NCBI GenBank assembly: GCA_039208735.1
Contig: JBCCQY010000011.1
Location: forward strand, 1 to 64,000
DNA from: Myxococcota bacterium
GTDB taxonomy: Bacteria > Myxococcota_A > UBA796 > GCA-2862545
Length of the DNA stretch: 64,000 nucleotides
Direction: 5' to 3'
The notes under the pieces were generated by a model that did no database searches, was not told the origin of the DNA, and saw only the letters and a list, made by a program, of their open reading frames with translations. This document shows positions 58,089 to 64,000 of the stretch, in pieces. How positions within the stretch are numbered: the stretch's first letter is position 1; every line of letters starts with the position of its first letter. Both the position numbers and the translations under genes were made by a program.

Positions 58089-60107
58089 ATGCTGCCGCCC
58101 GGAGTGCCTACGGGAGCCGAAGTGAGCGCATCGAGCGACGATCTCTCGCATTCGGAACACCGATTCCAGATTCACAGCTGCCTGGGGCGCGGCGGATTTG
58201 GAGAGGTGTACCGAGCGGTGATGATCAGCCCCGGTGGGGTGCGGTCAGAAGTGGCGGTCAAGGTACTCCGGGCCGACATCGACCCGGGGTCTGAGGCGGT
58301 GGCCCGCTTGCGGGATGAGGGCCGTGTCCTCGGCGCCATTCGGCATCCTTCGATCCTCCATGTCCACGATTTGGTCTTGTTGGAAGGCCGGGTGGCGCTG
58401 GTCACCGAGTACGTCGAGGGGCAGGATCTCGACCGATGCATCGTCGCCGAGCCTTCTTTGCCCCCTCGTGCGCTGGTCATGGCGTTGTCAGACGTGGCCT
58501 CGGCCCTCGATGCGGCATGGTCCTCTCGTTCGCCGATCACGGGCCATCCCATTGAGCTGGTCCACCGTGACATCAAGCCAGCCAACATTCGGCTCGGCCG
58601 GCACGGGGAAGTGAAGCTTCTCGACTTTGGCGTTGCGCGGGCCGTCGACATGCAGCGCGAAGCCCATACTGCCGATCACGCCATGATGGGCAGCTACCTC
58701 TACATGGCGCCGGAGCGGTTTGCCGACGATATCGTAGAGCCCGCTTCTGACATGTTCGCGCTGGGCTGTGTGCTGTACGAAGGCCTGGCTCGCCAGCGCT
58801 ACTTCCACGGCATGAGCCTCAAGACGATCTACGGGGTCATGCTTTCGAACCGAAAGCTGCAGTTTCACCAGGACCAGCGGATTCAGGCCCTGCCCCCCTT
58901 GCATGAGGACCTCGAACTCCTCCTGCGCGATCTGTTGGCGGCGGACCCAGATCAACGGCCTAGTCCGGCTGAAGTCGCGCGGCGTGGTGAAGATCTAGCC
59001 GATGACCTGACCGGAAGTTCCTTGAAGCGGTGGGCTCGCCTGCGGGAGTGGCCGGCGGAGCCTCCGAACGTGGCAGGGTCGCTCGATGAAGGTCAGGAAC
59101 TCGTGGCCCAGGGCTACCCGGAGCGCACGCCAGCCGCCGCCCAGACCCCGGCTCCCAGGCCGCTGCGCACCCTTCCCCCCAATGTGAGGCTCACGCCGCC
59201 TCCGGTGAAAGAAAAGCGCCGTCCCCCAACCCCAGTCGAAGCACAGGACACCGACATTAGGCCCGTTCCTGAGCCACTCGACGCGCCCGCGGCGCTCGCT
59301 GCGATCGCGGACGTCGCCGAGGCGGTGCCGGCGACGGTCAGCGTGATCGACGAAGACTTGGATGACGTTGGCCTCGATGAGCCAGGGGATGAATCGCTCG
59401 ACCCCGACACCGAGGAAGCGGAAGAACCCGAACCGATCCCCTACTTCGAGGTCAGCGACGTCCATGTGCCGCCCGAGCCCATTCCCGAGGTGGGCTTGGA
59501 TTCCATTGACGATGCGATCGTTCAGCTGCGCCAGGACCGTACTCGTTCCGTGATGTGGGGCATCACGGCGATCGTGTTGGTGTTGGCTGCAGGTGTGGCC
59601 CTCGCTTGGATGCTCTTTGGGGAAGAGTTCATGGAAGAGGTCGAGGTCAACATGGCCTCAGGCGAGGTTCGGAGGCCGTTGACGAACGATCCCCGGCCCG
59701 TGGTACCGCTCCCCATCACGCCGGAGGCCGCAGCCGCCGCGCAAGCGCCCGAACCTGCTCCTGAACCCGAACCCGCTCCGGAGCCCGAACCCGCTCCGGA
59801 GCCGGAAGCCACTCCGGAGCCCGAACCCACTCCGGAGCCCGAGCCCGACGTGGAGAGCATCCACAAAGCTGGCTGGGCAGCTGTTGATCGGGGTGAATTC
59901 AGCAAGGCCCTTGGGTTGTTCGACGAGGCGGTCGAACGTGATCCGAATCATCCCGATGGGTTGTACGGGCGGGGCTATACGCTGATGAAGCAGGGCAAGG
60001 AGGAAGAGGCCAGCGACGCTCTATGCGCCGCGATCGAAGTCGCGAGCGCATCGCTACGCCGAGAAGTCCGCAGCATCATGCAGGGCAACGGGTTGTCCTG
60101 CCCCTGA
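58089..60107 (+). CDS. Membrane Ser/Thr kinase with Pro/Glu linker and C-terminal TPR
   Basis: GRGGFGEVY, VAVK, HRDIKPAN, DFG, YMAPE; one TM; TPR HPDGLYGRGYTL. Confidence 0.92.
   Translation: MLPPGVPTGAEVSASSDDLSHSEHRFQIHSCLGRGGFGEVYRAVMISPGGVRSEVAVKVLRADIDPGSEAVARLRDEGRVLGAIRHPSILHVHDLVLLEGRVALVTEYVEGQDLDRCIVAEPSLPPRALVMALSDVASALDAAWSSRSPITGHPIELVHRDIKPANIRLGRHGEVKLLDFGVARAVDMQREAHTADHAMMGSYLYMAPERFADDIVEPASDMFALGCVLYEGLARQRYFHGMSLKTIYGVMLSNRKLQFHQDQRIQALPPLHEDLELLLRDLLAADPDQRPSPAEVARRGEDLADDLTGSSLKRWARLREWPAEPPNVAGSLDEGQELVAQGYPERTPAAAQTPAPRPLRTLPPNVRLTPPPVKEKRRPPTPVEAQDTDIRPVPEPLDAPAALAAIADVAEAVPATVSVIDEDLDDVGLDEPGDESLDPDTEEAEEPEPIPYFEVSDVHVPPEPIPEVGLDSIDDAIVQLRQDRTRSVMWGITAIVLVLAAGVALAWMLFGEEFMEEVEVNMASGEVRRPLTNDPRPVVPLPITPEAAAAAQAPEPAPEPEPAPEPEPAPEPEATPEPEPTPEPEPDVESIHKAGWAAVDRGEFSKALGLFDEAVERDPNHPDGLYGRGYTLMKQGKEEEASDALCAAIEVASASLRREVRSIMQGNGLSCP
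59748..59847 (+). repeat. In-frame 18-bp tandem repeat encoding a PEPEPA/T linker
   Basis: Repeated CCGGAGCCCGAACCCGCT-like units inside the kinase CDS. Confidence 0.8.
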
Positions 60108-60111
60108 CGGT

Positions 60112-61809
60112 CTACTCGTCCTCGGGAGGTGGATTGCGACGCGCACGTCGGCGTCGCCTTCGGGGCAGGCTGTCGTCGGGCGAAGCCGGTGGATCGTCCT
60201 CGGTGTGTCCAGGAGGGCGGGCTCCTCGCCGCGCTCGCGGCGGCAGCGGCAGCTCAGGAGCGGGTCCGAGGTCTCCGACTTCCGTTTCCTGATCTTCAGG
60301 CTGGGGGATGTGGCGCTGGGGCGCTCTGCCTTCTCCCTCGGTCGGTGTGCGTCGGGGACGTCTCGGCTCTGCTCGGGCCCCGATTTCGGGAGGCGATTCG
60401 GTGACGGCGGCTGGCGTCTTGGTGCGACGAGGCTTTCGGCGTCGACGAGCAAAGGTTCCCGTTTCATCGTCGCTCGTTCCCACTGACGGTGGTGGCAACT
60501 CCTCGGCCGGGCTCGGGATGCGGTCGCCGATGGGTGTGGGGCGGGCGAACGTCCCTGTGCGCTGTCGTCGACGCGGCCGTTCGGGCACCGGGTCGGGCTT
60601 GGGAAGAATGTCGGGCCGGGGTGGAGCGGACGATTTGCGAGGCGCATCGCCAGGGTCCGACATCGGTTTGCGGCGGGCGCGTCGAATCGCTCCCGTGGTC
60701 TCGGGAGGGCTCGCTTCTTCTTCGGTCGGCTCGGGCGCTTGACCTGCGGCATCTGGAAGGGGGGAGCGGATGGCCTGGCGTCGCCGGCGCAGTCCGGTGG
60801 CCGAGGTGTCCTCGGAGCCTCCTCGATCGGGTTTGGACCAGCGTTCATCGGGCTCATCATCCGGGCGGTTGCTCCTGGACAAAAGTCCGGTGGCCACCGA
60901 GACCAATCCGCCCGCTCGCCTCGATGCGACTCGCTTATGGCCCAACACGTCTTCCATCACCTGCTCGAGCGTGGGTCCCTCCGCATTGTCGAGTTCCCGA
61001 TGAAGCGCTTCGACAAGCGCAGGTCCGGTCAGTCGCGCCTCTGCCTCAGGGCTCAAGGATTTGGCGAACAACGCGGCCATCGGACGCGAAAGGCCCAGCC
61101 GGTGGACGCGCCGAACGGTGTCGCCCTCTCGGACGGCGGTAAAGAGTGCATCGGTACTTTGGTCGTCGTGAACTCGGCGACCCGTGGCGACCTCCGCAAC
61201 CATCAACATCAGGGCAAAGGTGTCGGCGGCGAGCTCTTCGGGCTCCTGTTCGAGTCGCTCCGGAGGAACGTACCGAATTGCGTCTGGAGGGGGCACCTTG
61301 TTCGGGTCTCGTTGGTGCGCGATGATCTCGACCTGAGGCACGCCGTAGCCGAAAACCTGCAGCTCACCATCCGGCTTCAGGGCGATGCGCCACGGGTTGA
61401 GACTGCCGTGCGAAAAGCACCCCGTCTTGGCACCTGTGTCGCTCGCTTCCACGAGGATCTGCCCGCCGAGAACACCGATTTCAAGTGCGGCACGCAGTCC
61501 AATAGGCTGCTTGCGGTCCTTGGCCATCCGAAGCAGCTCGCGCACCGTCCACATGGGCCCCGTCGGGTACACGAAGACGCCCGTGATGAGGTCGTGATGC
61601 TTCAGCTCCACGAGGCCTGTGACCATCGGGTACTCGAGGAACGACAACACCCCACGAAAGTTGAGGCCGAGGTCGGCATCTTCGAGAAACGGGTCGTACA
61701 GGACGATGGCTGTATGCTTGAGTTCGCTTTCGTCGATGAGTTCGACGAGCGTAGAGCCGGAGTCCTTGAACTGGCGCCCGGTCGGTCGCAACCCGAAATA
61801 CTGCTTCAC
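60112..61809 (-). CDS. Kinase-fold protein lacking catalytic motifs (pseudokinase) with a long Arg/Pro-rich disordered tail
   Basis: HGSLNPWRI replaces HRDLKPxN; VFGYG replaces DFG; YVPPERL and ADTFAL retained. Confidence 0.78.
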   Translation of the reverse strand: MKQYFGLRPTGRQFKDSGSTLVELIDESELKHTAIVLYDPFLEDADLGLNFRGVLSFLEYPMVTGLVELKHHDLITGVFVYPTGPMWTVRELLRMAKDRKQPIGLRAALEIGVLGGQILVEASDTGAKTGCFSHGSLNPWRIALKPDGELQVFGYGVPQVEIIAHQRDPNKVPPPDAIRYVPPERLEQEPEELAADTFALMLMVAEVATGRRVHDDQSTDALFTAVREGDTVRRVHRLGLSRPMAALFAKSLSPEAEARLTGPALVEALHRELDNAEGPTLEQVMEDVLGHKRVASRRAGGLVSVATGLLSRSNRPDDEPDERWSKPDRGGSEDTSATGLRRRRQAIRSPLPDAAGQAPEPTEEEASPPETTGAIRRARRKPMSDPGDAPRKSSAPPRPDILPKPDPVPERPRRRQRTGTFARPTPIGDRIPSPAEELPPPSVGTSDDETGTFARRRRKPRRTKTPAAVTESPPEIGARAEPRRPRRTPTEGEGRAPQRHIPQPEDQETEVGDLGPAPELPLPPRARRGARPPGHTEDDPPASPDDSLPRRRRRRARRNPPPEDE

Positions 61810-61833
61810 GCCGAGTGTCCTCTCCGAGAACGC

Positions 61834-62283
61834 CTAGCCGAGATGGCGCTCGAGCAACCCTGCCACATCCGGCATCGCGCTCGCGACCTCTGCCTCGGCG
61901 CGTCCTCGCAGCGACCGGTAGATCGACACCAGGACCGCGTTCTTGGCCCGATCCGCCATGCCGTCCGTGACGGAGAGCAGGTCGTTTGCGATCGTCGGGG
62001 CGTGCATCGTGAAATAGGCGACCCGATTGTCCGTTTCGCGGGCGACCGCCCAATGGGTTTCGAGGATCGGTGCGAAATGGGGGGCCAGGCGCGCTACCGC
62101 GAGCCCGACAATTCCGGGTTGTACGCGCTGAAATGCACTGAACCCCGTACGGATGGCCATGCCCGTGAGGCCGCGGCTTTGAGCGACTCGGTCTGCGAGG
62201 ACATCCTCGGCATCCCGAAAGAGCGCCTCACGCGCGGCGGGGTTCTCGAGAAGCTCTGGTATCGTCGAACCGTTAGAAGTCAT
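61834..62283 (-). CDS. Conserved hypothetical protein (DUF6918-like)
   Basis: GLTGMAIRTGF...VQPG, LLSVTD.MADRA.N..L...Y..LR..A; family name recalled, not searched. Confidence 0.65.
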   Translation of the reverse strand: MTSNGSTIPELLENPAAREALFRDAEDVLADRVAQSRGLTGMAIRTGFSAFQRVQPGIVGLAVARLAPHFAPILETHWAVARETDNRVAYFTMHAPTIANDLLSVTDGMADRAKNAVLVSIYRSLRGRAEAEVASAMPDVAGLLERHLG

Positions 62284-62434
62284 TCGCATTCCCGGGAGTG
62301 GGTTGTCATCCGTTCTGGATTGGGCGCATCCACTCTCTGACTCCATCCCCCAGTCGGATAGGCTCGACAAGGGGGCGACCCCTTTCCCCGGTGGCCTGGC
62401 ATGGCGTACCATGCACGAGCCGTCAGGGACGCGA

Positions 62435-64000
62435 ATGGACTCAGAGAAGCCGCTGGACCACTCTTCTTCCACTCCCCTATCTGCTGTCCGACGCGACCTC
62501 GCCGATGGTCGCTACATCCTCGTGCGCAAGGTGGCCGAAGGGGGCACGGCGTACGTCTACCTCGGCTACGACACGTGGACTGAGACGTGGCGGGCCATCA
62601 AGACCCTGCTCCCCGAATATGCGAAGCGGCCCGCGCTTCGTCATCGCTTCGAACGGGAAGCGACCACGATGAAGACGCTGTCTCACGACAACATCATCGC
62701 GGTCTTCGACGCGGGGATCGACAGCGAAACCGTCTTCATGGTGATGGAGTTCGCAGAAGGTGGCTCGGTGATCGACTGGGTCGAGGCCAACGGTCCCATG
62801 CCGCCTCGCATGGCCACAGACGTCGTCCTGCAGCTTTGTCGGGGCATCGATGCGGCTCACCGACAAGGCGTCATCCACCGCGACATCAAGCCTCAAAACC
62901 TCCTTGTCGACCGTCACGGGTCTTGCAAGGTGACCGATTTTGGCATCGCCCAGGTGTTGGAAGACACCCGGATGACGATGACCGGGACGGTGATGGGGAC
63001 CATGGGCTACATGGCGCCCGAGCAGAACGAAAGCGCCAAGCACGCCGACGAACGTGCCGATGTCTACTCGATCGCCGCCACCTACTACACCTTGATCAAG
63101 GGTGAAGCGGCCACTCACCTGTTCATGGCTGATGAGCAGGATTTCGACGGGATTCCGGAAAGTCTCGCCGCAATCATTCGCGGCGGGTCCTCTTACAAGC
63201 GCGAAAATCGCTACCAGACGGTCCGTGAGATGATGGGGGAGCTTGAGGGGGCCTTGCGTCTCCTGGCTCCCGATCCGCTGGACACCCCGCCGCTCATCGC
63301 GCCCGACATGCCGAACCTCGAGGACTTCACGCCTCCGAGTTTCGATGCCAGCGTGGGGTCACAGTCGGGTGGCGCAATGGTGCCCGTGGGCAAGGTTCAG
63401 CTCGAGGAAGAAGAGCCTCCACCGCCTGTCCATCGCGACTACGTGATCGGCGTCGACGATGTTTCCTACGAAGAGGTGGGGGACCCACAGTCGCTCGAGA
63501 AGCCAACCACACCACAGATCGAGATGGAACTCGATCGGCTCGACCGTCTCGACCGACAGCTTGAGTTTCGACGCACCCCTCCGGCCCCCGCTCGAGCTGC
63601 GTCACCAGGGCGTCATCGAGAGGCCATCCGGGCGGTCGTGCTCGTCATCGCGACCGTCGCCTCCCTCGGCATCCTCATCGTGGTGCTGACGGCCACGCTG
63701 TCCGCGAGCCGAATCCAACGCCTCGAGGCGGAGGCCGACTTTTACCACGGTCGCCTCATGCGCACGGCCCTGGAGATCGGGCAGTCCAGCATCGTTCCCC
63801 TTCTCGACAACATGGCCATGGCCGACCGAATGTCGGATGGCTACCACGACATGCGCCAGCACATCTTCCAACTCGGAGAGTCGCACGACCGTCGTGGCCA
63901 GCAAACGCTGATTCGTCGCATTCAGACGTTGGCGGACGGCCGGGTGGTTCCGAGCTGTTTTCGGCTCACGCTGGAAGGTGGCAAGCAGGGGCCGTGCATC
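62435..64000 (+). CDS. Membrane Ser/Thr kinase, 3'-truncated by the window edge (absent from the ORF track)
   Basis: Manual translation: GRYILVRKVAEGGTAYVY, RAIK, RFERE, HRDIKPQN, KVTDFGIA, GYMAPEQ; hydrophobic segment near 63630-63700. Confidence 0.9.
   Translation, partial: MDSEKPLDHSSSTPLSAVRRDLADGRYILVRKVAEGGTAYVYLGYDTWTETWRAIKTLLPEYAKRPALRHRFEREATTMKTLSHDNIIAVFDAGIDSETVFMVMEFAEGGSVIDWVEANGPMPPRMATDVVLQLCRGIDAAHRQGVIHRDIKPQNLLVDRHGSCKVTDFGIAQVLEDTRMTMTGTVMGTMGYMAPEQNESAKHADERADVYSIAATYYTLIKGEAATHLFMADEQDFDGIPESLAAIIRGGSSYKRENRYQTVREMMGELEGALRLLAPDPLDTPPLIAPDMPNLEDFTPPSFDASVGSQSGGAMVPVGKVQLEEEEPPPPVHRDYVIGVDDVSYEEVGDPQSLEKPTTPQIEMELDRLDRLDRQLEFRRTPPAPARAASPGRHREAIRAVVLVIATVASLGILIVVLTATLSASRIQRLEAEADFYHGRLMRTALEIGQSSIVPLLDNMAMADRMSDGYHDMRQHIFQLGESHDRRGQQTLIRRIQTLADGRVVPSCFRLTLEGGKQGPCI

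Noticed and set aside
59748..59847. PEPEPA repeat as a novel element
   Set aside because: An ordinary in-frame Pro/Glu spacer between the TM and TPR domains.

Overview
GC-rich, gene-dense bacterial chromosomal segment. The many Hanks-type Ser/Thr kinases, TPR/HEAT proteins and DTG-rich lipoproteins suggest a Myxococcota-like organism (inference). It is mostly core genome: an opp/dpp-type ABC operon flanked by TPR and exported proteins, murG, msrA, moaDE, trmB, gltX, a type IIA topoisomerase A+B pair, boxC-boxB, a sigma-70 paralogue, tRNA-Ala(CGC), an S1-domain protein, queA-tgt, yajC-secD-secF, and three kinases plus a pseudokinase. I found no integrase, transposase, phage or CRISPR-Cas genes. 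The main signals are: (1) a single ORF fusing an ECF sigma factor, a membrane segment and a GT51 peptidoglycan transglycosylase domain, with an ECF-type promoter directly upstream, which is a candidate one-component cell-wall-precursor sensor; (2) an intact eukaryote-type bifunctional PFK-2/FBPase-2; (3) a non-coding array of ~61-bp tandem repeats with a covarying hairpin; (4) a SecD with an apparently duplicated periplasmic domain. All calls come from motif recognition by eye, and start codons are my best choices.
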